A program made the position numbers and the translations under genes. The notes under the pieces were generated by a model that was not told the origin of the DNA, ran no database searches, and saw only the letters and a list, made by a program, of their open reading frames with translations. A DNA stretch of 29,465 nt from Myxococcota bacterium (GTDB lineage Bacteria; Myxococcota; UBA727; VGSZ01): the NCBI GenBank assembly GCA_044349155.1, contig JBIKRQ010000029.1, forward strand, positions 1 through 29,465, given 5' to 3'. Of the stretch, positions 17,285-26,076 are shown one piece after another (within the stretch, counting starts at the first letter, position 1; every line of letters begins with the position of its first letter).

Positions 17285-17329
17285 ATCCATGATATGCGCG
17301 CCTCTTCAGGCGTGCGACGTTCGCCGACA

Positions 17330-18088
17330 ATGAACAGAGCCGCACTCTGCACGCTCCTCCGCGCGCATCCGATCCTGAAGGATGTCGACGACGTTGGCAT
17401 TGATGCCATCGCTACCGCCGGCATCGTCAAGACCTACTGCGCTGGCGACGTGCTCACGCGCGAAGGCGACAAGGCCTGGGCCTATTGGTTTCTCGTCGTG
17501 GGGCACACCCGGGTGTTTTACACGTCGCCAGAAGGCCTCACCGTCACGGTGAAGCTGTTTGCCGCGCCTGCCGCGTGGGCCGAGATGCAGGTGTTGCACG
17601 ACTGGGTACACACCGAGCACTGCGTCGCCGAAGACGACGTCACGTGTGTGTGTCTGCCGAAGCTGGAGTTCGAGCGCCTCCTCGAGCTCCACCCGCGCTT
17701 CATGAAGAACGTGCTGGTCGATGCTGGCGCGCGCTTTCTTATCACAGCACAGCACGAGCGCGCGCTCGCGTTTCTGAAGGTGCCGCAGCGGCTTGCGTAC
17801 CTGCTGCTGTCGTACGCGCGCCTGCATGGCGAAGACGTCGTCGACGGTGTGTTGATCCGCCACCGCCTGTCGCAGGAAGAACTGGCCAACGGTCTTGGCG
17901 TTGCGCGCAAGAGCGTGGTGCGTGCGTTCACCGACTGGATCGACGCCGGTGTGCTCGAAAAGCGCGGCCTCTACTACGTCATCGTTGACGTGCAGCGTCT
18001 GCGCGAAGCAGCGCCCGACGACGTGCTTGGGATCGACTGGGTTGCTGGTGGCCGCCTCGCCGACGGCATCGGAAGCCGTCGGCGGTAA
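17330..18088 (+). CDS. Crp/Fnr-family transcriptional regulator (cNMP-binding-like beta-barrel plus C-terminal HTH).
   Basis: MNRAALCTLLRAHPILKDVDDVGIDAIATAG..TYCAGDVLTREGDKAWAYWFLVVGHTRVFY..GLTVTVKLF..AWAEMQVL.. (degenerate cNMP-binding barrel; GE replaced by AE, no RxA phosphate-binding motif). Crp-type HTH RLSQEELANGLGVARKSVVRAFTDWIDAGVLEKRG. Start at the internal ATG 17330. Confidence 0.75.
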   Translation: MNRAALCTLLRAHPILKDVDDVGIDAIATAGIVKTYCAGDVLTREGDKAWAYWFLVVGHTRVFYTSPEGLTVTVKLFAAPAAWAEMQVLHDWVHTEHCVAEDDVTCVCLPKLEFERLLELHPRFMKNVLVDAGARFLITAQHERALAFLKVPQRLAYLLLSYARLHGEDVVDGVLIRHRLSQEELANGLGVARKSVVRAFTDWIDAGVLEKRGLYYVIVDVQRLREAAPDDVLGIDWVAGGRLADGIGSRRR

Positions 18089-18105
18089 CGCGATGCTGTT
18101 CGCGT

Positions 18106-19353
18106 TCAGCCCTTGATGCACAGCACCTGTTTGAGCACGTGCACCACGTCGACGAGGTCGGCTTGCGCGGCCATCACGGCGTCGATGTCTTTGTAGGCGC
18201 GCGGGCTTTCGTCGATCACCTCTTTGTCTTTGCGGCACTCGACACCAGCGGTGCGCGCGCGGTGTTCAGCGAGCGTGATCTGCTGCCTGGCCATCGCTCG
18301 CGACATCGTGCGACCTGCACCATGTGAGCACGAGCAGAACGACGCGGGCTCGCCCTTGCCGCGCACGATGTAGCTCTTGTCGCCCATCGAGCCGGGGATG
18401 ATGCCGTAGTCGCCCACGCCCGCGCGCACAGCACCCTTGCGCGTGACGAACACCTCCTCGCCGTAGTGCACCTCGGTGGAGACGTAGTTGTGGTGGCAGT
18501 TGACGACGAGCTCGTCGGCGGAGAACCGCGGAATGCCCTTGTGCTTCTTGAGCGCATTGAGGGCCGCGCGCATCATCAGCGCCCGGTTCTCGCGCGCGAA
18601 ATCCTGCGCCCACTGCACCGCACGGAAGTAGGCGTCGAAGTCGGGCTGCCCGCGCTCGAGCCACGCCAGGTTCTCGTCGGGAATCTCTCGGTTCATGCGG
18701 CGCAGGCGCGCGCGTGCCCGATCGATGAACAGCGTGCCAATCGCATTGCCCACACCGCGCGAGCCCGAGTGCAGCATGACCCACACGCGCTGCTCCTCGT
18801 CGAGACAGACCTCGACAAAGTGGTTGCCCGTACCAAGCGTGCCCAGATGATTGCGGTGGTTCGTCTTCTTCAGCTGCGGTGCATCAGCGCACACCGCATC
18901 GAAGCCATCAGCAAGTGTCGCCCACACGTCGTCGACGTTCTTGGGCACGTTGCCCCACGCACCGCGGTCGCCACTTCGGCCGTTGCCACTTCGGCCGTGG
19001 GGGATCGCGGCCTCCATCGCCGTGCGCAGTTGCACGAGTGAGGTGGGCAGCTGCGACGCCGTCAGCGACGTGCGCACCGCCATCATTCCGCAGCCAATGT
19101 CGACACCGACGGCCGCGGGCACCACCGCGTGTTGCGTGGCCACGACGGAGCCGACGGTGGCCCCCATGCCCCAGTGCACGTCGGGCATGGCGGCGACGTG
19201 GTGAAAGGCAAACGGCAGGCGCGCGGTGTTTTCGAGTTGCGCCCAGGCGCCGTGCTCGACTTCAACGCCGTGGGTCCAGCTCACGATGGGCACCCCGTCG
19301 TCGACGACGCGGGTCAGGGCCTGGGGAGGAAGGTCAAGCAGCGGGGCATTCAT
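18106..19353 (-). CDS. rtcB: RNA-splicing ligase RtcB (3'-phosphate/5'-OH RNA ligase).
   Basis: MNAPLLDL..LPFAFHHVAAMPDVHWGMGATVGSVVATQHAVVPAAVGVDIGCGMMAVRT.., GTLGTGNHFVEV, ..HNYV.., ..SCSHGAGR.. are near-identical to E. coli RtcB signature blocks. Length 415 aa. No rtcA or rtcR is visible nearby. Confidence 0.9.
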   Translation of the reverse strand: MNAPLLDLPPQALTRVVDDGVPIVSWTHGVEVEHGAWAQLENTARLPFAFHHVAAMPDVHWGMGATVGSVVATQHAVVPAAVGVDIGCGMMAVRTSLTASQLPTSLVQLRTAMEAAIPHGRSGNGRSGDRGAWGNVPKNVDDVWATLADGFDAVCADAPQLKKTNHRNHLGTLGTGNHFVEVCLDEEQRVWVMLHSGSRGVGNAIGTLFIDRARARLRRMNREIPDENLAWLERGQPDFDAYFRAVQWAQDFARENRALMMRAALNALKKHKGIPRFSADELVVNCHHNYVSTEVHYGEEVFVTRKGAVRAGVGDYGIIPGSMGDKSYIVRGKGEPASFCSCSHGAGRTMSRAMARQQITLAEHRARTAGVECRKDKEVIDESPRAYKDIDAVMAAQADLVDVVHVLKQVLCIKG

Positions 19354-19441
19354 GGCAGCACACGTCGGAAGCAGAGCAGGAAGAACCAGAAGTGGCCCTG
19401 CCGACGTGTGGCACCGCGCGCTGATTCAACCTGGTTTCACA

Positions 19442-21847
19442 TCACATCACGTCCGCTCGCCATCCAGAAGCATCGCGGCGGTAGACCGTGCCGTCGTCGT
19501 CGACCTGCAACAGCGACAGCCACGCGTGACGCACCAGCTGATCGATGTGTGCGTGCCGCGCGAGGATCTGATCGATCGCCTCGCGAGGCGCCATCACAAA
19601 CGCTGCGAGCCGCACCGGCGTGTGCCGCAGGTGTTTGCCGTCGTGCACCGACTGCCAGGGCAAGCCGATGCGCAGGTCGCCGCCGTTGCCTTCGAACACG
19701 CCCAGGCCACCGCCCACGACGTTGTGCAGCAGCTTGTTGCCTGCGCCAAAGCGCTCGGGCGCCACGCTCGACGCGTAGTACTGCGCGTTGATCCAATGGG
19801 TCACCACCAACGGTGCGGTGAGCAACCCCTCGAGCACGCGGTAGCCGCGCGCAGCATCAGCGTCGACGTCGTAGTCGTGCAGAAACGCGCGACCCTCGAG
19901 GTCGAGGTGGGCCGTCCGGCTGCGTGGCCCCATCACAAACGCGGCGTTGTTCACGAGGCCCCACTCGGGGCGCACCTCGGCCCAGTCGACGGCGCGGCGA
20001 GCCACGTCATCGTCGACCTGCTCGGGTGCGACACCCAACGACGGCGCACGCCAGCGACGCACGGCACGTGTCGCCTGCTCGCACGACTGCTGCCACAGCG
20101 CGAGGGTCGCATGGTGCGAGCTCGGCACCTCGTGCTCGTCGAGCACCGCGATCGTGTCGGTGGTCGTGTTGTGCAGAGCCGCCACGACGTGCAGGTCGTG
20201 GGGGAGCGGCAGGTCGATGGCCGCGAGTCCCTGGCGCACATCGACGTCGTTGAGCAGTGCTGCCAGCACGCGCGCATTCACCTCGCCGCTGTGACCACAA
20301 CACGCACCGCAGTCGAGGGTGGCCGCATGGGCGTTGTTGCGCGTTTGGCTGCCATGCCCCGCGACGACCAACAGGCGCGGCATCGATTCCGTCAGCGACA
20401 TGCCGCGCAGCACCGAGGCGGCCAGGTCGATGCGCGCCGCCAACGGCAGCTCAAGCCGCGGGTGCGTCATGCGGCGCTCATCGTCGTCGAGAAACGCGCT
20501 GTCGAGGGGCGATGTCCGCGCCAGCATCAGCGCTTCACGCACCAGGTTTGCGCCGGCGGCGGGTCCGGCGGCTTCGACCATGTTGAACGCGCCCGCTGGT
20601 GCGCGGAAGGTATCGCTCCATGCACGGGCAAGGCCCGCACGGAGTCGACGAAGCGCCCCCAGCTTCACGGGCCCGTCGTCGTGCACCGAGATGCTCGCGG
20701 TGAGCGGCCCCGGCAGCTGCGGACGCGACGCACGCGCGCCCAGTGGTGTGTACGCGATGGGCAAGCCGAAGAAGCCGGCGAACCCCGAGGTGCCCACAGC
20801 GGGGTTCGTTTCGAGCGCGCGGCGCATCGGCTCGGAGCGCACGTCGATGCAGAACACCGCGTGCACGTCGCGACGAGGTGAAACGGTGGCCACGCGTGGG
20901 CCGAAGCGGCGCGCCAACTGCTGCTGCTCGTGGTGCTCCATGGCCTCGAGCAAGACGAAGGCGTCGTCGTCGGCCCTGGCTTCGTTGTTTCGGCGTGCGG
21001 CCCACTGCTGCTGTGCGGCGTGCCATGCGCGGGGCAGGTGGTGGTCCGTCGACGTCGACAACAACGCCCACTCCCACGCCACCCACATGGCCAACAGCTC
21101 TTGCAGGCTGGTGTCTGGTGCATCGGTGCTCGCCTGAATGAACGCGCGGTACCGCAAGGCGGCGGCCCAGCCCGACAGCGACCACAGCAGGCTTGTCAGG
21201 TAGTGCTCTTGTTGCTCGGGCTCGACGTCGAGGGCGCGCAGGCCATCGGCGATCGTGCGCAGCGGATCGTCGGGCAAGGCCTGAAAGAACGCGCGCACAC
21301 CGCTGATGCCGAGCAACGCCTGCACCGATCGGTCTCGCTGTGCTGCGTTCTTCCACGCACTGTACAAACCATGGGCCCGCGACGGCGCGATGGTGGCCTG
21401 GTGCTCGTCGAAGAAGGCCGCACAATGCTGCGACAACGACGCGGCCACCGTGGTGGCCACCGACGGTGTCGTCTCGCGACGTCGATCGATCACATCAACA
21501 AGCCGTGCCTGCGCCAGCGCCGGCACACGGGGTGTTGCCAACAGCGCGCGCACCGTGGTGACCGGCCGACCGTGGCGTTTGCAGACCGCAGCGACGTCGT
21601 CATCGGTGACAGCACCTGTGGCTGCGGCGTGCGCGAAGACCTCGAGAGGTGGCGCCAGGCTCGTGCCGCACCACGCGCGCAAACGACCAGAGACGGTGGC
21701 GAACGGTTCGTCGATGTGGCCCCACAAGGGGTTCACCGCGATGGCCCGATCGAGGGGCCATGATGGTGCGATGCGCGCGCACACGGCGGCAACACAGGCA
21801 GCGATGTCGTCGACGGCGTCGAGCGCAAGGCGAGGAGCAGCAGTCAT
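19442..21847 (-). CDS. dabA: DabA, the DUF2309/UPF0753 subunit of the DAB inorganic-carbon (CO2-hydrating) pump.
   Basis: ~800 aa with ..AVFCIDVRSEPMRR.. (beta-CA-like C.D.R zinc/active-site motif) and a later ..AGHGSQT..LDCGACCGHSG.. His/Cys cluster. The start ATG (21847) overlaps the upstream dabB stop in ATGA (translational coupling). The 38 upstream codons of the track ORF were not used. Confidence 0.85.
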   Translation of the reverse strand: MTAAPRLALDAVDDIAACVAAVCARIAPSWPLDRAIAVNPLWGHIDEPFATVSGRLRAWCGTSLAPPLEVFAHAAATGAVTDDDVAAVCKRHGRPVTTVRALLATPRVPALAQARLVDVIDRRRETTPSVATTVAASLSQHCAAFFDEHQATIAPSRAHGLYSAWKNAAQRDRSVQALLGISGVRAFFQALPDDPLRTIADGLRALDVEPEQQEHYLTSLLWSLSGWAAALRYRAFIQASTDAPDTSLQELLAMWVAWEWALLSTSTDHHLPRAWHAAQQQWAARRNNEARADDDAFVLLEAMEHHEQQQLARRFGPRVATVSPRRDVHAVFCIDVRSEPMRRALETNPAVGTSGFAGFFGLPIAYTPLGARASRPQLPGPLTASISVHDDGPVKLGALRRLRAGLARAWSDTFRAPAGAFNMVEAAGPAAGANLVREALMLARTSPLDSAFLDDDERRMTHPRLELPLAARIDLAASVLRGMSLTESMPRLLVVAGHGSQTRNNAHAATLDCGACCGHSGEVNARVLAALLNDVDVRQGLAAIDLPLPHDLHVVAALHNTTTDTIAVLDEHEVPSSHHATLALWQQSCEQATRAVRRWRAPSLGVAPEQVDDDVARRAVDWAEVRPEWGLVNNAAFVMGPRSRTAHLDLEGRAFLHDYDVDADAARGYRVLEGLLTAPLVVTHWINAQYYASSVAPERFGAGNKLLHNVVGGGLGVFEGNGGDLRIGLPWQSVHDGKHLRHTPVRLAAFVMAPREAIDQILARHAHIDQLVRHAWLSLLQVDDDGTVYRRDASGWRADVM

Positions 21848-23394
21848 GACGACACCCCAACAGCAGTGACAGGAGCAGCGACAACGGCAGGCGCGAGGGG
21901 CCACAGCCGCAACGTGAGCCGCGTGGACATCTCGTCGAGGTACAGGCCCGAAAACAGCCACGGGTGCAGCGTCTGCGCAAACGCGCTGTGCGGAAAGGCG
22001 CGCAGCACTTCAAACACCGCGAGCACCGCGAACAGCACCACACACAACACGATGGCGCCCACGGTGTTGACCACGTCGTCGCCGCGCGGAGCAACACTCA
22101 ACAGCGCGATCTGCGTGAGCACGACGGTGGCAGCGACAACGACCGCGGTGCGCGTCAACAGCGCCACGATGGGAGCGCGACGCGCCGACGGCAGCAGCGG
22201 TGACACGGCGATGGCGACCAACAGCCAACTGCACGCTTGTCGGGCTGTGGCCTCGGTCGCGATGGCGACCACCACCACGGCCACCGCGAGCAGCACCGCG
22301 CCGCCCACGCGAGCGACCGGTGAGACCACAGCGACGGGGGCAAACAGTTGGCGCTGGGTGCGGTCGACGGTCCCCGACGCCGTCAAGAACGCGTGCGCCT
22401 TGTAGAGCGAGTGGGCCACGAGGTGCAGCACCACAAGGTGCCACAGGCCGAGCGCGCACTCGACCAACATGAAGCCCATCTGCGCGATCGTCGACCACGC
22501 CAGAGCCACTTTGACGCTCACGCGCGTCGTCGTCACGAGGGCCGCTATCGCCGTGGTGGGGACGGCGATCAACAGCAGCAACACCTGCGCGCCTGTAGCG
22601 CGATCCAGCAGTGGGGCGGTGCGCAACAACAACAGGCCGCCCATGTTGACCACGCCGGCATGCAGCAGCGCGCTGACGGGTGTGGGTGCTTCCATCACCT
22701 GCGTGAGCCAGCCATGAAACGGCAACTGGGCACACTTCAACGCCGCGGCCACCACGAAGCAGACAGCGGCGAACTGCAGCAGCGGCGGCAGCGTGTCGAG
22801 GGCGGCCACTGACGACGACAACTGCTCGAGATCGCCGCTGCCCGTGCTGCTCACGACCGCAGCCGCGCCGCACGCCAGCACCACGTCGGCCAGGCGCGAC
22901 ACGATGAACTTTTTGCGCGCTGCCACGATGGCCGCGACCCGGTCGGGGAAGAACAACAGCAACCGGTGCAGCGACACGCTCACGCCGATCCAGGCAAGCC
23001 ACAACAACAGCAGATGCCGCGACAACACCAACACCGAAACGCTCGCGAGGGTGAGGGCAAAGGCGCGCGCATACGCCGGAGCACGTGGCTCGTCGCGCAA
23101 CGCGGACTCCGACGCCCGTGCCAGCACTGCAGCGAGGAACGTCACCAGCAGCAGCACCACCACCTGTGGCGCCGTCGTCGAGATCAGCGCTACGGCGCTG
23201 TGGGCGTACAGCGAGAGCACCGCGGTGACGACCGCTGCCACGAGGCTGACCACCGCGGCGCGGCGTGTCGTCGTCAGTGCACTACGGCCGCGGCCCACAG
23301 CGGCTGCACCAACGAAGCACAGGGGCACCGCCAGTGCTGTCAGAGAGAGGAGGAGATCGATCTGCATGGAGGTGTTGTGACGAAAACCGTCCAT
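21844..23394 (-). CDS. dabB: DabB, a NuoL/MrpA-like proton-conducting membrane subunit (PF00361 type) of the DAB pump.
   Basis: Polytopic membrane protein with ..LPFHGWLTQVMEAPTPVSALLHAGVVNMGGLLLLR.. and ..WSTIAQMGFMLVECALG..HLVAHSLYKAHAFL.. typical of complex-I antiporter-like subunits. It lies immediately upstream of and overlapping dabA. The start could alternatively be the second Met (~23366). Confidence 0.85.
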   Translation of the reverse strand: MDGFRHNTSMQIDLLLSLTALAVPLCFVGAAAVGRGRSALTTTRRAAVVSLVAAVVTAVLSLYAHSAVALISTTAPQVVVLLLVTFLAAVLARASESALRDEPRAPAYARAFALTLASVSVLVLSRHLLLLWLAWIGVSVSLHRLLLFFPDRVAAIVAARKKFIVSRLADVVLACGAAAVVSSTGSGDLEQLSSSVAALDTLPPLLQFAAVCFVVAAALKCAQLPFHGWLTQVMEAPTPVSALLHAGVVNMGGLLLLRTAPLLDRATGAQVLLLLIAVPTTAIAALVTTTRVSVKVALAWSTIAQMGFMLVECALGLWHLVVLHLVAHSLYKAHAFLTASGTVDRTQRQLFAPVAVVSPVARVGGAVLLAVAVVVVAIATEATARQACSWLLVAIAVSPLLPSARRAPIVALLTRTAVVVAATVVLTQIALLSVAPRGDDVVNTVGAIVLCVVLFAVLAVFEVLRAFPHSAFAQTLHPWLFSGLYLDEMSTRLTLRLWPLAPAVVAAPVTAVGVSS

Positions 23395-23441
23395 CGTGAA
23401 AATGACATCATTGTGCTCATATCGTTCATCTGGAGCGAACG

Positions 23442-24350
23442 ATGTCGCAGCTCGATGCCTTGAACTTTCATCACCTGCGCTACTTCTGGGCGGTCGCGCA
23501 CGACGGCAACCTCACGCGCACAGCACAACGTCTGCGCGTGGCGCCGTCGGCGTTGTCGTCGCAGATCGGCAGCCTCGAGGAGCAGCTGGGAGCGCTGCTG
23601 TTTGCACGCCGTGGGCGAAGCCTGGTGCTGACCGAAACGGGGCAACTCGTGTTGAGCTACGCCGACGACATCTTCGCGCAGGGCCAGGCGTTGCTCGCGA
23701 CGTTGACGCAAGGGCGCAGTGCCCACGATGTGTTGCGCGTGGGTGCTGAAGCCACGCTGTCGCGCAACTTTCAGGAGTCGTTTCTGAAGCCGTTGCTCGA
23801 CGACGACAGTGTTCGCCTGTCGCTGCGGGCGGGCACGCTTGAGACGTTGTCTGCGGCACTTCGGGCGCACGACCTCGACGTGGTGTTGAGCCACCGCACG
23901 CCGGCCCACGCCGATGAGCTCGTGTGTCGAGCGATCGCCGCTCAAGAAGTGTCGCTGGTGGGCCCGCGCGGCACGCGCTTTCGCTTCCCCGACGACCTCG
24001 CCCGGGTGCCGCTGCTGCTGCCAGGCCACAACTCCGAAGTGCGCCAACAGTTCGATGCGGTGTGTGCCCAGCTCGGCGTGACACCGCTGGTGCGCGCCGA
24101 AGTCGACGACATGGCCACCCTGCGTCTGCTGGCCCGCGATACCCGCGGCGTGGCGCTGTTGCCCGCCGTCGTGGTGCGCGATGAGCTGCGCGCTGGTGTG
24201 TTGCGCGAGTACGGCGTGGTGCCCGGCGTGGTCGAGCACTTCTACGCGCTCACCGCGCGACGGGCCCACCCACATCCGCTGCTGGCACCGCTGTTGGCGC
24301 AGAGTGCCGACGCGTTGCTCGAACGCGCCCGTCGACGTCGTCGAGCGTAA
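23442..24350 (+). CDS. LysR-family transcriptional regulator, divergent from dabBA.
   Basis: N-terminal LysR HTH FHHLRYFWAVAHDGNLTRTAQRLRVAPSALSSQIGSLEEQLGALLFARRGRSLVLTETG plus a C-terminal substrate-binding domain. A 47-bp divergent spacer separates it from dabB. Confidence 0.85.
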   Translation: MSQLDALNFHHLRYFWAVAHDGNLTRTAQRLRVAPSALSSQIGSLEEQLGALLFARRGRSLVLTETGQLVLSYADDIFAQGQALLATLTQGRSAHDVLRVGAEATLSRNFQESFLKPLLDDDSVRLSLRAGTLETLSAALRAHDLDVVLSHRTPAHADELVCRAIAAQEVSLVGPRGTRFRFPDDLARVPLLLPGHNSEVRQQFDAVCAQLGVTPLVRAEVDDMATLRLLARDTRGVALLPAVVVRDELRAGVLREYGVVPGVVEHFYALTARRAHPHPLLAPLLAQSADALLERARRRRRA

Positions 24351-24351
24351 C

Positions 24352-24630
24352 GAGGCTCACATTGATCGGCGGGGAAGTGTCCCCGCCCACCCCTCAAGCC
24401 ATTCGCCTCGGCGACAAAACCGCAAAGCCGGTTTTCTCTTCGAGGCTCACATTGATCGGCGGGGAAGTGTCCCCGCCCACCCCTCAAGCCATTCGCCTCG
24501 GCGACAAAACCGCAAAGCCGGTTTTCTCTTCGAGGCTCACATTGATCGGCGGGGAAGTGTCCCCGCCCACCCCTCAAGCCATTCGCCTCGGCGACAAAAC
24601 CGCAAAGCCGGTTTTCTCTTTGAGGCTCAG
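24352..24630. repeat. Three perfect head-to-tail copies of a 90-bp unit (24352-24441, 24442-24531, 24532-24621) plus a 9-bp partial fourth. Each unit carries a GC-rich hairpin and a terminator-like hairpin. Candidate structured-RNA array or redundant bidirectional terminators.
   Basis: Unit is gaggctcacattgatcGGCGGGGAagtgTCCCCGCCcacccctcaagccattcgcctcggcgacAAAACCGcaaagcCGGTTTTctcttc. It contains an 8-bp GC stem with 4-nt loop and a 7-bp stem with 6-nt loop followed by TTTTCTCTT. The array lies in the convergent intergenic space between the lysR stop (24350) and the patatin stop (24627). 90 is a multiple of 3, which explains the artefactual repetitive ORFs in the track. Confidence 0.9.
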
Positions 24631-26036
24631 ACGGCGAAGAAGTCGATCAGCTGCTGGCGCATCGCATCAGCGTCGCGCATGCCCATAGCCACGAGGTCGG
24701 CAGCGTACTCGCCGTCGAACAGCAGGTAGCTGAGCAGGTCGCCTTCGCGCTCGCCGCCCGTGCCTGCCAGTCGGCGCAACAGCGGCCCCACGATCGGACC
24801 CGCACGCGACACCACACTGCCCAGGCGCAGGTGTTTGGCAGCGACCGCGGCGATGTCTTCGTTGGGGCGCACAAAGAGCGCGTCAACTTTGCGGTACGCC
24901 TGCCCGCGCGTTTTGGTCATCGCCGAGCCCAGTGCATCGGCGAAGCCCTCGCCGTAGGCGGCCACACCAGCGTCGAGCAACGCGTTGAAGCGCTGCAGGC
25001 GTTGCAGGTCGTACTCGGTCTTGTCGGACAAAAACGAGTTGAGGATCTTGCCCAACAAAAACGCGGCCGATGGCGACTGCTCCACCGCATCAGCGCCGCG
25101 GCTGCCCTCGATGGAGCCGAGCATGCCACCGTCGTCGGCGGGTTCTTCTTTGGCGCGCAGGCCGATCACCAACAAGCGATCCGCCCCCAACCGAATTGCC
25201 GGGCTGATGGGCGTGTTCAGCTTCAAGCCACCGTCGCAGTAGACCTCGCCGTCGATGTCGACACAGGGAAAAATCCACGGGATCGCCGCCGACGCCAACG
25301 CGTGCTCGGGGCCAAGCTTCGTGGCGCGCGCCACCACGCCCGGGTCGGTGGTCCACGGGGGCACCTTGCCGTTTTTCGTGTGCACGAAGCTGTGGGTTTT
25401 TCCCGACGCCACATGGGTCGCGTTCAAGCACACGCCCTGCAGCACACCGCTGTTGATGTTGTCTTCGATCGAGCTCCAGCGCATGCCACGACGAATGAGC
25501 TGCTCGAGCGGCGACGTGTTCAACAACCCGCCCAACCGACCCGGCCCCACGACGTCGTCGAGCTCGCCACGACCGCGGCTACCAAACAAGAAGCGCGGCA
25601 GGTTCAACACCTGCTTCAAGCCCACCTGGTACACGCCGTCGATGCGCAAGCGCTCCCACACATCCGACAGCGCGCGGCCCTGCACATCGGGTTGGTGCGA
25701 CGTCGACGCCAGCAAGCACGCGTTGATCGCCCCCACCGACGTGCCGCAGATGATTTCGAAGCGTGCATGGCTGCGCGTACGCGGCGGCAACTCGTTGCGG
25801 ATGTATTTGATGATGCCGGCTTCGTAGCAGCCGCGGGCACCACCGCCCGACAACACCAGCCCCGTCAGTGCTGCGCGTTTGCGACGCGTGGGTGCTTCTT
25901 CGAACTGCGGCGACGGCTCACGGCTGGCAGCGATGGCTTCGTCGATCGCGGCGGCGTCGTCGTCGATGCGGGGCGGGAGATCGTCGAGACCAGCAGGCAT
26001 ACAGCCATGTTCGCTGGTTCGCGCAGGTTGCGCCAC
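24627..26036 (-). CDS. Patatin-like phospholipase (PNPLA family).
   Basis: ..LTGLVLSGGGARGCYEAGIIKYI.. (oxyanion GGG.R/K), ..ICGTSVGAINACLLAS.. (G-x-S-x-G nucleophile), ..YCDGGLKLNTP.. (catalytic Asp in DGG). It sits 40 bp downstream of, and on the same strand as, the vWA gene. Confidence 0.8.
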   Translation of the reverse strand: MAQPARTSEHGCMPAGLDDLPPRIDDDAAAIDEAIAASREPSPQFEEAPTRRKRAALTGLVLSGGGARGCYEAGIIKYIRNELPPRTRSHARFEIICGTSVGAINACLLASTSHQPDVQGRALSDVWERLRIDGVYQVGLKQVLNLPRFLFGSRGRGELDDVVGPGRLGGLLNTSPLEQLIRRGMRWSSIEDNINSGVLQGVCLNATHVASGKTHSFVHTKNGKVPPWTTDPGVVARATKLGPEHALASAAIPWIFPCVDIDGEVYCDGGLKLNTPISPAIRLGADRLLVIGLRAKEEPADDGGMLGSIEGSRGADAVEQSPSAAFLLGKILNSFLSDKTEYDLQRLQRFNALLDAGVAAYGEGFADALGSAMTKTRGQAYRKVDALFVRPNEDIAAVAAKHLRLGSVVSRAGPIVGPLLRRLAGTGGEREGDLLSYLLFDGEYAADLVAMGMRDADAMRQQLIDFFAV

Positions 26037-26076
26037 TCAACACCCGGCGATGGCTCAGCGATCGCTCAGCGACGGC

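Noticed and set aside
19395-19425. Sigma54-like TGGCAC-N-GC element (tgtgGCACcgcgcGCtga) upstream of rtcB.
   Set aside because: GG-to-GC spacing is 10 rather than the canonical 11, and the element is oriented on the + strand, away from rtcB. Most likely chance.
24352-24630. Possible CRISPR array.
   Set aside because: Units are contiguous with no unique spacers and no cas genes are present. This is a tandem direct repeat, not a CRISPR array.
24181-24729. Repetitive ORFs spanning the 90-bp tandem repeats (24181..24729+, 24362..24688+, 24242..24577-) giving 30-aa peptide repeats.
   Set aside because: These are an artefact of a 90-bp (3n) unit lacking stops in GC-rich frames. There is no RBS, the starts are TTG/GTG, and the ORFs run antisense into the patatin gene.
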